Shown one piece after another: positions 39,931 through 52,194 of a stretch of 64,000 nt of DNA; positions within the stretch are counted from its first letter, which is position 1, and each line of letters starts with the position of its first letter. This DNA is from Somniosus microcephalus (Eukaryota), in the NCBI GenBank assembly GCA_052327205.1, contig CM126207.1, positions 218,984,001 to 219,048,000 on the forward strand, given 5' to 3'. The notes beneath the pieces are model-generated. The model saw only the letters and a program-made list of their open reading frames with translations, was not told the DNA's origin and made no database searches. The position numbers were made by a program, and so were the translations under genes.

Positions 39931-42258
39931 CTGAAGAAAAAAAAGTGTATACAAGTTAATTACACCTATTTCAAGAAAAACTATTACTGATACATACATC
40001 GATGCAATTCAAATTATTGAGATTGAAAAAAGCAAGAGAAGAGAAAAAATATACAGAACGCAATAAGAACATGGTCTACCATTATTTTCTCCACTATGCA
40101 ACTGCTTTGCTTTTTGGTCAAACAGTTTTAACCCTTTCCCCACATGCAAGGTCTAGCAGAATGACCGAAGTCAAGTGTATATTTATGCCGTGTAAACAAA
40201 GGAATATCAAAACTATTTATTTGCTAATGATCAGTTTTATATACACTTCGAAGAGTTTTCAAAAATACATACACACGTAAATACAAACACAGATAGACAG
40301 ATTATGACTATTGCTATTCAAGAACATCCATACACATTACATATGGGTCTGTTAAAAAGAGTACACACACACACACACACACACTATAGAGCAAGACTAT
40401 ACATTGCCATATTGTAATTAGCATTTTTTCCACAACATATTACAGACTGCAAACTACATTGAAAATTACATAGTGCCTGCACATACATACAATGAAGGTC
40501 TTTATTAGGATCTTTAATCCCTCTCCCCATTACTATAGATTCCTCAAAGTTGCCTCTTTCCACATCATCAGTGGCCTTTCTTTAACCAAATAGGGTGGGG
40601 TGGTATGAACTAGTGACATTTCTATAACTCCCGTCAATGCTGTTCCGTGATCAGCTGACAGGTGGTGTGCTGGGGCAAGAAGTTTCCAACAGTTTTCCCA
40701 CTCCTGAGCTGGACTATTAGTCAGCCAAACTCCATCACTAAGAGTAGATCAGGTCGAAGGACATTGGAGGATGGAATTCAAACTGGGACCCTCTGAAATG
40801 CATGATTGTCCGGGAGTCTGTGTCAATTATCAGGCTATGCAAAAATCTATTCATAAAATTGACCATTGTATCCAAAATTACTGTCCAAATAATGAGTGAA
40901 CCCTAAAGTAAACATAGCACGTCATCATGGCTTTTACTAATTTGGCACCTTCTACCTGGGCGAAAGTCTGAACACAGAATGCCAATTTAATGAAAATATA
41001 AATCAAATTTACGCAGATTTAAAAAAACAAACGTTGGTCATTACGTACTATGACATAATATGAGGGAAGATTTCACTGCAAGTAGCTAATGGAGGAAATC
41101 AATGAGGAGTGCTTTATGCGTGTATTTACGCATTTTGCTAAAGAGGAAATTTTTCCCAATGTAGCTAACATGAATCTAAACACTTAATATACTTTAAAAA
41201 TCGACTGCATGGTCGTTAAAGCTCACTGCAGTTTAAATTGGCTAAACCTGGCTGCTGCAAAAATCAAACACAGTTTATTTTTTCAGCTCTCATATTTTCT
41301 CTGGAGACCATTACAGGTAGATCGCACAACTAAACAACCTGCCATTGCGGCACGCACAATTACAGTAAAAACAAAAATAAAATGGGAAAAAGCTAAAATA
41401 GATGCAAACTGCTCAGTAAATTTCTGCAACAGGACTATACACAATATTGATTTCCTGTAAACACCTAAATTAGCAGAACAAAGGATCTAAAACTACAATT
41501 GAATAAATGACCAATGCCCTTTAGTTCTGCATTAACAATATTTTTTAGATCAGTTTAGTTACAGGCAAAGATATTAGCCTTAAAGCTGTCACCATTCTAA
41601 CATGCTGTACAGTACATGCAATCATAGAAACGCTAAACAAAACCTTTTTTTTTAAATAAGACATGTGTTTAGTCTCCCAGTATAACACTAATATTTTTTC
41701 ATTCACAATTTGTCTGTCAATAAGCACAAAGCGATGGCCTTATTCACAGAAGTATAAACAACAAGCTGTTTATATTACTACTGAACCGATTTTGAAATAT
41801 GTTAAGGACACCACGATTACCCACTGCTCCTTTCCAGGAATCTGAACAGCTTCCCGTTTAAATACAGCAGTAAGATACATCTTAATATGTCTGTGTTTCT
41901 CACCCATAAATGAGCTGCTGACTACAGCAAAGTAAATTGCCACCAGGCATTTCCAAACAGATTTTCAGGCCAATGCCAGTGCACTCCACTGGATAATATT
42001 TCTGCACATGCTTCATCAGCCTAACAGCAGCGCTGCAGCACTGGTAGGCAGAGGCAATCAAACAGCTCCTTTGAAACATTGTGAACAAATGCCACCTTTA
42101 GGCCTAAGCTAACAAATAACACAAGGCTAAAGAAAGCTGCAACTGCTAAGATGGCGGTGCATTGCGACTCAGTCACCAACCAGTAGAAAAGAAGGTTATG
42201 CAATCCCATTAGCCTTTAGTCCAAACCCCTCCTCCCACTTATTCAGTCTTTCACTTAC

Positions 42259-42288
42259 CCTTCCTCTAGACCTCCTCACAGAAGCCAT
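42259..42288 (-). CDS. CHD9: Candidate alternative first coding exon of CHD9 (MASVRRSRGR)
   Basis: Strong Kozak caaaATGG, 10 codons, then a consensus donor AGG|GTAAGT in phase 0, matching the phase-0 acceptor of exon 39930. Confidence 0.6.
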
Positions 42289-42660
42289 TTTGTCATTCAA
42301 CAAAGGCTAGCCCTCCGCTTTTTCACCTCCAGCTTTGCTCGTGAGGAAAGCATTGAATGATAACTGCTAAATGGCCTATTTAATGTGCTGCACTGAAGGT
42401 ACACGCTTCTCTTCACAAAAACACATTATGATTTTATCAACGTTTGTCCTCCCTGTGAATCAATACTGCCAAACACATTATCACTGCACATCCAGACATG
42501 GTACTACTGCACACGATCCTGTTTGCATATGAGAACTTCTGAATATCTAATTAATAGAGGCTTGTAAATCTCGTCTCCAATAAAGCTAAGTAAAATTATG
42601 CACCAAAGCATGAAAATGCATCAGCATGAATAGAAATGTCGTTCAATAACTGCTCACTTG

Positions 42661-42678
42661 GACCAGCAGATGGTGCTG
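42661..42678 (+). promoter_or_regulatory. CTCF-like motif upstream of the candidate alternative exon
   Basis: gaccagcagatggtgctg matches the CTCF core; motif only. Confidence 0.4.
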
Positions 42679-44801
42679 CCCATTGTTACTCTGTTAGGTT
42701 TAAATGTAAACCCCCCCCCCCCCCCCCAAGGACTGCTTGCATCTGCATCTCTCGCTCTCCCCTTTTTATCGTAATGGCTAAATCCTTTTTCTGTAAACAT
42801 ATACCTGTTACGACTTTTAGGGCAACTATACATAGATAAGAAAAATATACATTATTTTAGAAAAAATATATCTTGAAGGGATACCAGCAAAGATCTTACA
42901 ATAACTATTTCACATAACAGGAAAAACAAAAAGCGAAATTGCCATTTTTTTCTTTTCTTTGTTATTTTCATTATTTTTGACTCCATTTAAATTCAGACAA
43001 CAGACTCGCAGAAATCCTCATTTCACTTCAATGAAAATATAATTTTAAAATTTTTGCCCGGGAAATGACATTTTAACTGCTGATTTTGTAATAATGCATT
43101 CATTATTATAATAATGGATGACGCATTGGATATTGTTTAACATTTCAACCTCATTTGCTTCTAGGGCTCAGTTTTTTTGTTCCAAGCTGATCTTGTTGAA
43201 CATCAGTCCTGTCTGTAATGACAATGACAACCGCACAGATTTTTTAATTTATTTTTTAATATATTTTAAAAAGGTTGCTGCTTATTTTTTTTTTAGTAAA
43301 ATCAGTGACTGTTAAGAGAATACAAACAAACTATGAAAAGGTTACAGCTATTTAGTATTTTTAAATGTGTGGTGAGGAGGTGTAATTTACTTATTTAGTA
43401 GACCAGAAAGGTCTCAAGTTCAATACCCAGTTTGCACGGAGTTAACTGATCCCAAGTTGGGGCTTTTGCAATTGGTCCTAACCCCAGGTTAGGATATGGG
43501 GAGGGGGGGGCAGGGGAGGAAGAAAGGGACAGATGTCCTCACTCCTGATCTGTCTAGAGAGACCCCCTAATGAAAGGAGCGTGTGTGTGAACACTAGGCG
43601 AGGTCAAGAGCAGGTCAGTTGTGATGCCCTCCACCAGCAAATGACTTCCGGTACTCACGGTCAAGGTTAACCCATGAACTATGGTCACATGTAGGAGGCG
43701 CCAGAGGGTGAGTGAGACGAGCGAGATGGTTGGCATCTCCTGGAGGGGAGGGAGTGGCAAAAAACTGGAGAGAGAGAAATAAAATCTATGCAAAATATTA
43801 AAGGTTCACATCGTTAAATGGACTGAACATATCCAGGTTTTGGGAAGAGGAGAAAAAGTTAATGGGAAGAGAGGCAGAGTCCAAGGCAATGACAAAGGTA
43901 ATCAGAACCAATCAAGCTTTACTACTATCTGGCTATAGTTTACATATACATTTCCTACAGATAAATCGTTTGAATCAACATTCAATTCTCATAAAACATG
44001 ACACCCAGATCATTGTAGCAACAGAACAAACAAAAACAAGGCACTATCAGAACATTAGCTGTTCTAGCCTGTACTGCCCGCACAACACAACGCTCAACTA
44101 CAAGTGACTCAAGGTAAACAATTTTCAGAATATCGCTTATACAGACCATCAGCCAGCACAGTTTGCAAACACAACAAGGCCACATCGGCCCATCCACTTG
44201 AGAGAAATGATTGTGTTTAACCTTATTAACAGGTGGTACCTTAAGTGACATACTAAAACTAAACTCCAAAAAACATGAATTTCAAAAGTGAAGAATCCTT
44301 AGAATTCGGCGCCTGGAGTTTAAGTAAACAAATTTTGGTGCCATGTTCTATTTATTAAACTGCCCTTGTGAAAGTAAAATGAGATTCCTTTCCCTCCAAT
44401 AGATTGGTTAAAATGGTAAATTGTAAAGAATCAGAGTTTCAACAATTTTTTTTTTAATTTTTAAATTTTTTTTTTAAAAGTACTATACAACTGAGAAACA
44501 GGAATTTAACAAAATACCTTGTTCATGAGTATTAAAAAATAACTGACATCGCTAGAATTATTGAAAATTCACTTTCCCATTTAATTATCTTCCTATCCTT
44601 AGAGTCCCTCCCATACCACACACTAATCACTTGCTGGGATGATGCTCCAGTGACCCACTCCTAGGCTTTTATCATTGCTGATCAGTAACCAGTTGCTCGG
44701 GAGAAAGTGTGGCCCAGACTGACTTAAAAGGGAAAGGAAAGCATAGAAAACAAGTGGACTCTCACATAAATATCCCCAGTCTTTTAGAAAAAGCAATTAT
44801 A

Positions 44802-45048
44802 CAGTAAACTCTTGTTTAAACGTCACTTAATCATCCAGAATTCTTTAATAACCGGCAAAACAGATAACCGGTAATCTTGCCGAATCCATCCATTTTTCGT
44901 TTTTCCGAGTCCGAGTTTCCCGCGGTGGCCGAGTTAGTCAGTGGTTTTTATTTTGTGTGTTAAAAATTGCCTAACTCTGTTATCCAGAATTTTTGATCAA
45001 CTGGCACCATCCTAGTCTTGCAGGTGCCGGATACGAAAGAGTTTACTG
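44802..45048. mobile_element. Tigger-like MITE
   Basis: TA|cagtaaactctt ... aagagtttactg|TA. Confidence 0.8.
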
Positions 45049-45619
45049 TATATTTACCGTATTATTTTTAAGTTCAAGAGAAAAAAGGAAAATAAAGCAG
45101 GAATGAACTGCACCATACTGCATGAGGAACTGTTGTAACACTATGCAGGTGAACAGATGTTAATGGTGCAGCAGAGACACCAATTGCCAGATTTCCCCCA
45201 ATTGAATGTCAGCTATCCTTTTCAGACTTACCAAAAGCTCCATATCCTTGTCACCAACTCCCATCCCTTTTCCTGTCTGCTCGCTCAGGCCAAACCAGAC
45301 TGCACAAAATATCAGCAGTTTGTTCACCCCAAAGTGAGCTTCAAGCTCCACATTCTATTCACTATCTGGAATTCTCGTAATTCCCTCAGCAATACTGCCA
45401 GAATACAGCCAGGTAGGGGTCTGGGGGGGCGTCGGGGCAGCTCCTAAATACATACACAGGTGGATGCGGAAGAAAACCAAACAAGTAGTGGTGAGTTTGT
45501 TAGTCACATCAAAGTTATATGAAATTACAAGCAGCCAGTAGTTCAAGAAATCACTCCAACCAAAAAGTCAGAAGTTCAAAGCCACCAGCTTTTTGGCATT
45601 GAGTGCGGCTGCTAGATGA

Positions 45620-46031
45620 ACAATAACTTGTATTTATACAGCACCTTTAACTTAGTAAAACGTCCCAAAGTGCTTGACAGGAGTGTTATCAGACAAATTT
45701 TGATGCCGAGCCACATAAGGAGATATTAGGACAGGTGAAAAGGGTAGGTTTTAAGAAGCATCTTAAAGAAGGAGAGGGAGGTAGAGAAGGAATTCCAGAG
45801 CTTAGGGCCTAGGCAGCCGAAGGCACGGCCACCAATGGCAGAGCGATGAAAATCAGGGATGCGCAAGGGGACGTTACAGAAATAAGGAGGGGCGAGGCCA
45901 TGGAAGGATTTGAAAACAAGGATGAGAATTTTAAAATCAAGGTGATGTCCGACCAGGAGCCAAATGTAGGTCAGCGAGCACAGGGGTGATGGGTGAACGG
46001 GACTTGGTGCGAGTTAGAATACAGGCAGCAG
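45620..46031 (-). mobile_element. L2 LINE 3' fragment
   Basis: Reverse-complement homolog of 1649-2325. Confidence 0.85.
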
Positions 46032-46948
46032 CTTCATATGTTAGGAATCTGTCCCATTGCTTCAAGGGGAACTAACCAACAATTCCCCTCTTGCACAACT
46101 TAAGCACACATTCCTGCTGATGATGCAGACTATCCATGTGTTAAAAAAAAACTGCAGACTAACCCACTCTGGCTTCCCAGTTAGGAAAATGGGGAGTTAA
46201 AGAAAACATCTTTTTAAAAAACTGCAAAATACACATGGCACATTTGAAACTGAATTATTCACTGTATTGAATTTCACCTTTTTTAAAAATGTGTAACATT
46301 CAGGCTGAATAAATTAGTGAATTTAGTTATGTAGAGACTGGTATGAGAAAGAAATGAATTGAAAGGGAATTCCTAAAATTAATTTCTTTATCAATAACAG
46401 TTATAATTATTTTGAAGATTAGTGAAAGCTTTCCACTGCATCATACCATTTTTATGCGGTGTAATGTGCCAGATGGTAGGAGTTCTCACTGCTACACCGA
46501 GGATCACATTTGTAGCTGCTTGGGAGTCATTCTAAATGTAGAACTGTATTTAATGTTCTCGGTGTGATTCGACCTTGAAATTGCTAAAGGCACCAATTCC
46601 CTCAGCCAGTATTTAAATCTGCTGACAGATCAGACAGTTGCATCTTCCGTCGGTCCATGTGGACCAGTGAGTTTGCGCTTTTGCAATTTTGTCAAATTAG
46701 TACACATTTTGGTAGATCAGGGACTATCTAAATCAGTACTTCAAAAGGTTAATTTTTAAGTCATAATAAATGGAACTATTTCTGCATAACATACTTTGAG
46801 ATTAGAAGCGTAAACCTGTCACCAGCAAACACCAAATAATCAAGGCCCCAAATTATAAATTGCATTATAAAAAAAAACTGGAAAGGAATATCTCTATTCT
46901 TTGCAGTGAAATCCTTAAAATAAAGAAATAAAATACTATTTTAACTAC

Positions 46949-47071
46949 AATAGCAAAATACTGCGGATGCTGGAAATCTGAAACAACAACAGAAAATGCT
47001 GGAAACACTCAGCAGGTCAGGCAGCATCGTGAAGAGAGAAACCTGCTGAGTGTTTCCAGCATTTTCTGTTG
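46949..47071 (-). mobile_element. Penelope-type short element, partly inverted (copy 3)
   Basis: 15-bp TSD tactattttaactac (46934-46948, 47072-47086); perfect 31-bp inverted repeat 46987-47017 / 47041-47071; no ribozyme core. Confidence 0.85.
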
Positions 47072-47780
47072 TACTATTTTAACTACCTCCAATACCTTTC
47101 CAATGTAATAAGCTGTGATTTGCTATTCCCTTTGGGTATTTTGGTGTGTGCATGGCATGTTACTGCAAGCAGCTCAGAACTCAGGCGGTGTTCTGAAATT
47201 TGCAGTGGTATATAATAAATCACATATTTTACAAATACTCGAACAATGAGACATCAGAGCACTAAAACAGTGCCATGGCCATAGCAAGAGCAAGGTCCCG
47301 CCTGGGACACTCCACGTAGTGAGTTCCTCATCTTGGTTGTATACTCAAATAGACGGAACCAATTGTAGGCCAGACATTTCCCCAGAGAGGAGAAAAGTGC
47401 ATAAATAAGTGGTAAGTTTAAAAAAAGTCAAGTCATCTCAGGCTGTTTGCATGCCTCCTAGCAGCTAGTTACAAGCAACATGGTCTCTCTCAAGTTACGT
47501 TTTGTAAAAAAACATAGGATTTCAAAGGCCAAAAATTCACAATGTTCGTAGGGAAACTAATTAGAATTGTAAAAAGACTTGCATTTATGTAGCGCCTTTC
47601 ACTACCACCGACATCCCAAAGCGCTTTACAGCCAATGAAATACTTTTTGAAGTGTAGTCACTGTTGTAATATAGACAGAAACACTGAGTATGTGCATGTT
47701 GTATGAAAAATATACTCCTCTCCTGACAGTATTCAGTCAGTTCCTCAGAGCATCAACTCAACTGCAGAACCATGAAAAGG

Positions 47781-48150
47781 AACATAGGGACAGGAGTTGA
47801 CCATTCAGCCCCTAGATCACAGCTGATCTGTACCTCAACTCGATTTACCCACTTGATGCCCTTATCTAACAAAAAATGAATCGATCTCAGTATTGAAAGC
47901 TCCAATTGACCCAGCATCCACAGCTATTTGGGGGAAGAGAGTTCCAGATTTCTACTACACTGTGTGTGAAAAAGTGCTTCCTGATTTCCCTCCTAAATGG
48001 CCGAGCTCTAATTTGAAGGTTATGCCCACTTGTTCTAGATTCTCCCCACCAGAGGACATAGTTTCTCTATCTACCCTATCGAATCCTTTTAACTTTTGAA
48101 ACACCTCAATCAGATCACCCCCTCAATCTTCTGTACTCAAGGGAATACAA
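47781..48150 (-). mobile_element. CR1 LINE 3' fragment
   Basis: Reverse complement of a CR1 3' region (ccattcagccc...gagagttccaga...ctaccctatc). Confidence 0.75.
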
Positions 48151-49505
48151 GCCAAGGGAATACAAACCCCGGTATCATTCTGGTGAAAAGGGCCAGTAAC
48201 TGAACGAGGTGGTGCATTTAAAATGGCCATCAGCCAATTGGAACCTTCCTTCATCTTGATCCATAATCTAAACTGGCAACCATGAATGCATGGTGTTTGG
48301 ATGGAGGTAATGGGGAGGAAGATTTTAATCGCACCATTGATAGTTTTGGTGGGAGGCAAAACTGCATATACACATCTTTAAATTCAGTCCTGACATTAGG
48401 AATCCCTTTCTTTCGTGTTCACACTCATTCTGTATGAACACAATGGGTTCCTCTCACATAAATGGTGCCTTATTAATACTAATGAGCAGATACTAAATTA
48501 TGCATGCAGACAGGAAATTCAATCGACTGTTTAACTCATTAGCAATAAAACAGAAAACATAAATGAGGGGACCACTGGCAAGAGAAGGAAGGTTGTAATC
48601 TGAAATTCTATGGGGAACATATGATCAGTTTTATATGTCTTACCATGGTGCTAAACAACTAGTGGAGTCTTTTCTATCTTTTGTTTCGTCAGAGTTGATT
48701 CTTCTGCCCTACTGATCCTCATCTCTACCAAAGGCTTTTACTTAAAATAAAAGGTCTTTTATCAGATTCACTTCTGGTTGTAGGTGGCAAGTGAAAAGTT
48801 AAATTTAGATAATACACGTGTCATAGATTCTTCCAGTACTGGCCTGCACTGATAGGTGGAGACTGTAATTCGCTGAGGCTGTCAAAGCAGAGTTCAGTTA
48901 TAGTTTTGTTCCACCACTAGCACTTCCAGCTCCAACAGACTTCTGTCTGTCTAAGTTTAAATAATAAAAACAAATACAAAGTGACTTGGATATCATGTTG
49001 AATCAGTTTCAAATCTGAATTTTTAAAATATATCGTACATACAAACTTACCTTAAAAGCAGGTGCCTTGCTTTCAGGTTAACAGATGATACAATCTTCTG
49101 TGAAAGTGCAACTTATGCACTGAATTTTCTAGTATTTACAGACTGACAAATTAGATACCGCCCTAAATGTGCATTCTTGAATAATTATTTTGGAGAGGAT
49201 GGTGGCACGGACTAGACAATCTTCATTAGGTGCACTACTGTCTTTGGGCTGTATTGATTCCAAGAGCAAAATATGGATTTTTCTTTCCTGAAGCACGCTG
49301 AACTGAATTACAGTATTTCAGCATTGGGCAGATAAAAGCTTTGCAGAATAGTGAAGTTGACAATTATCACAAGTAAAGCCAAACTCTCCACCAGCTTTTC
49401 AAACTATTATAGCAGCCCCTCATTTGCTCCAGTACAGATCAGATGCAATTACCCAGCCAAGGAGCTAAATGTTGATTATTGAAGAGAATATGCAATCTGT
49501 ATATA

Positions 49506-49512
<7 letters not shown>

Positions 49513-49547
<35 letters not shown>
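49513..49547. repeat. (CA)n microsatellite
   Basis: Direct reading; shorter tracts also near 32667 and 40363. Confidence 0.95.
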
Positions 49548-49549
<2 letters not shown>

Positions 49550-50502
49550 TAATATTTCAGGTTTCAACATCCCCGTATGTACAGGACATGCTGACTTCTG
49601 CAAATTGAATCTTTAATACCAAGGAAATAGCAGTGAAGGTAAAAGGGCATTTATTTGAGCACAAGCTGGAGAAAATCAACATGATAAACCTGAAAAAGAG
49701 GCGCCAAAAATTTTTAAATATCAATACCTGAAAGAATAGAAGGCAAGGACACAAACTGGCTTCCTGCTCCAGGCTTCCACATTACACGGGGTATAGGCCC
49801 ATTGTAGAATATACACGCACACAATGCTCACACCAGACACCAAAGGTGAAGGGCCCGCTGCGAGTAATCATTTCAGGTTGTTGCATCTTTTTGAACTGGC
49901 AAGGACTGCTTCAGATACCAGGAATTAAGGCAGCAAAGATCTGGCTTACCACAACAGCAAAATAAACTAGAACCTTCCTCAATACCGCTACAGTGCTGCA
50001 GAAATAAAGATCTTGTCTTGAAGACCTGAAGAACCACCTCAGCTACAAAAATATCTACCATCACCTGGCTCGACATCTTTGTGCCAAAGGGATGCCTAGG
50101 AATTTTACTTTCTTCATAGAGCTGGCGGAAATTGGTGGCAGGAGATCGTCTGCTGTGAGGCTCAAGATGAAGAAACTGAATTTGCCATTTTAGATGGTTT
50201 ACCACCTGGCCATCGGTCTCCTTTCTGTGGGGCACCAACCTATCCAATTTATGCAGCAGCTATGTTTTTGCCTGACTGGCTAAGTGATTTCCTTGCTGGG
50301 TAAGAGGGCGAGGAAGTTGAATGAATAGTTGAACTGGAAGTGCCAATCAGAGGAGATCAGAAAATAATAAAATACAAAGTCAACTTTTTAAACAATTATA
50401 TTGCTGTCTGGTGCTCCTTTCCTCAATACGCGAACAAGGGTAAGAATGGCAATTTGTCAGACACTTACTGGATCAGAGGACTAAAAAGGTGGAATAGACC
50501 TG

Positions 50503-50622
50503 AAATAACAACAGAAAACGCTGGAAAAACTCAGCAGGCCAGGGCAGCATCCGTGGAGAGAGAAACAGAGTTAACGTTTCAGGTCAATGACCTTTCGTCA
50601 GAACTGGAAAAAAGCAGGAACA
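50503..50622 (-). mobile_element. Penelope-type short element with an intact minimal hammerhead core (copy 4)
   Basis: 14-bp TSD gtggaatagacctg (50489-50502, 50623-50636); minus strand agtt-CTGACGA-a-aggtc-att-gacct-GAAAC-GTT-aact. Confidence 0.85.
50569..50605 (-). ncRNA. Putative minimal type I hammerhead ribozyme
   Basis: CUGACGA and GAAAC boxes, stem II aggtc/gacct, stem I agtt/aact, palindromic AACGUU at stem III, GUU triplet. Confidence 0.6.
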
Positions 50623-52116
50623 GTGGAATAGACCTGTACCACATACATAGAAATTACAACACAAAACAGGCCATTCGGCCCAATAGGTCTGTCAGTGTTT
50701 ACCCTCCACATGAGCCAATAGTTCTGATCACATTTACCCGCCTGTTGTCATAATCTGTTAACCCCTTTTCTTTCATCCACCTATTCAATCTAATCTTGAA
50801 GGTTGATGTAGTAGTGAATGGAATGTCCCAGGGATTAGCACTGGGACCCCTACTCTTCCTAGTTTAAATTAATGATCTGGATTCAGAAACTCAAAGCAAA
50901 TTGGTCCAGCATGCAGACAATACTAACATTTGTGTGTCCTGGAAAAGGGGGGGGGGGGGAGAGGAGTCTCCAGTCTGAAGAGGACCCATAAAATGAGCTA
51001 GATAAAATCTGTAAGTGGGCAGATCAATGCAACATTTAGCAGTGGGTCACATTGCTGAAATTGAACCATCCCACACACAGGTTTCTTTTTGGGTGCGCTA
51101 TATGGACAGTTGAACACATTCAAGCCGCCCAAAAAATGAATACAAAATTTGTACCTCAAAGGCTTCACTGGAACATGCTTTAAAAGTAAACAGTTAAAAT
51201 GCAAATCACCACATTGCAGGAAGTTGTTTCGGTTCCCCCAGCAAATTAAAAGCAGGTGTTAGTTTCAGTGTGCTATTAATTACAGACCAATCAGGGTGCT
51301 ATTTTCCAAAGATTTGAAACTTGAACCAATTCTGCTGCCCTTGGGCTACAGTTATATACAAATGTCCCCACACAAGTCTCTTCATATGGTACTTTCAGTG
51401 ATTTATTTGTAGCTTTTCACTGGCATCCTGTAACCAACTGAAGATGCATACTACTGTTCTTTTTAAAGTTGTTCAGAATAGTTTAGGAAGCCTTCATGCT
51501 AGAAGTAGTTTATTAATTTATGATTGATTCTCTTTAGGATTAGCATTAAGCATCACAGACTCATTATAGCCACCGTACGTTGGAGAACCTGCAGCACAAT
51601 ACAAGTTGTACTTTAAAACACCATGCATACTGTAAGGTATGCCTGCTCACATCTAATTACCTGCACTCAAAAATTCAGAGCAGCTTGTTTTTACCTAGAA
51701 GATTGTACAATCTCGAGACAATTTTTCAGAGCAAGATCCTTTCTTTTTTTAATTAGTTTTCCTCTCCTTCCTCAAGTGGGTCTCCACGTGTCACATAAGG
51801 CCAAGGTGGTCAGATCACCCGACCCTCTCACTGGCATTTGCCAATGCAGCTCTGAAAGTAGCCAAGAGGATGTGAGTAGGCTGCAGGGAACTCTCCCTCT
51901 GATTTTTATCTCCTTCAGTGAGCTTCCAGCTGCAGGTATAGCTCACGGCCCACCACTCCATACAGTGGGACAGCAACACACTTTACCACCTTCTCCCTCT
52001 GCACAACCCCCCCCCCCCCCCCATTTCTCCCTGCTCTCTGAAGGGAAGTGGGGTACAGCTTTGTGGACATTGCACTCCAGTACACTCGACAGTTTGTAAG
52101 CAAGTGTCGATACACT

Positions 52117-52194
52117 TTTCGACCTGAAACGTTAACTCTTTCTCTCTCCACGGATGTTGCCTGGCCTGCTGAGTTTTTCCAGCGTTTTCTGTTA
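52117..52194 (+). mobile_element. Penelope-type short element, 5'-truncated (copy 5)
   Basis: 12-bp TSD tgtcgatacact (52105-52116, 52195-52206); gacctgaaacgttaactc. Confidence 0.82.

Noticed and set aside
41900-42209. Two 62-aa minus-strand ORFs as alternative CHD9 N-termini
   Set aside because: At the 41903 donor their frames do not give phase 0, and the phase-0 frame has a stop just upstream, so they cannot join exon 39930 in frame.
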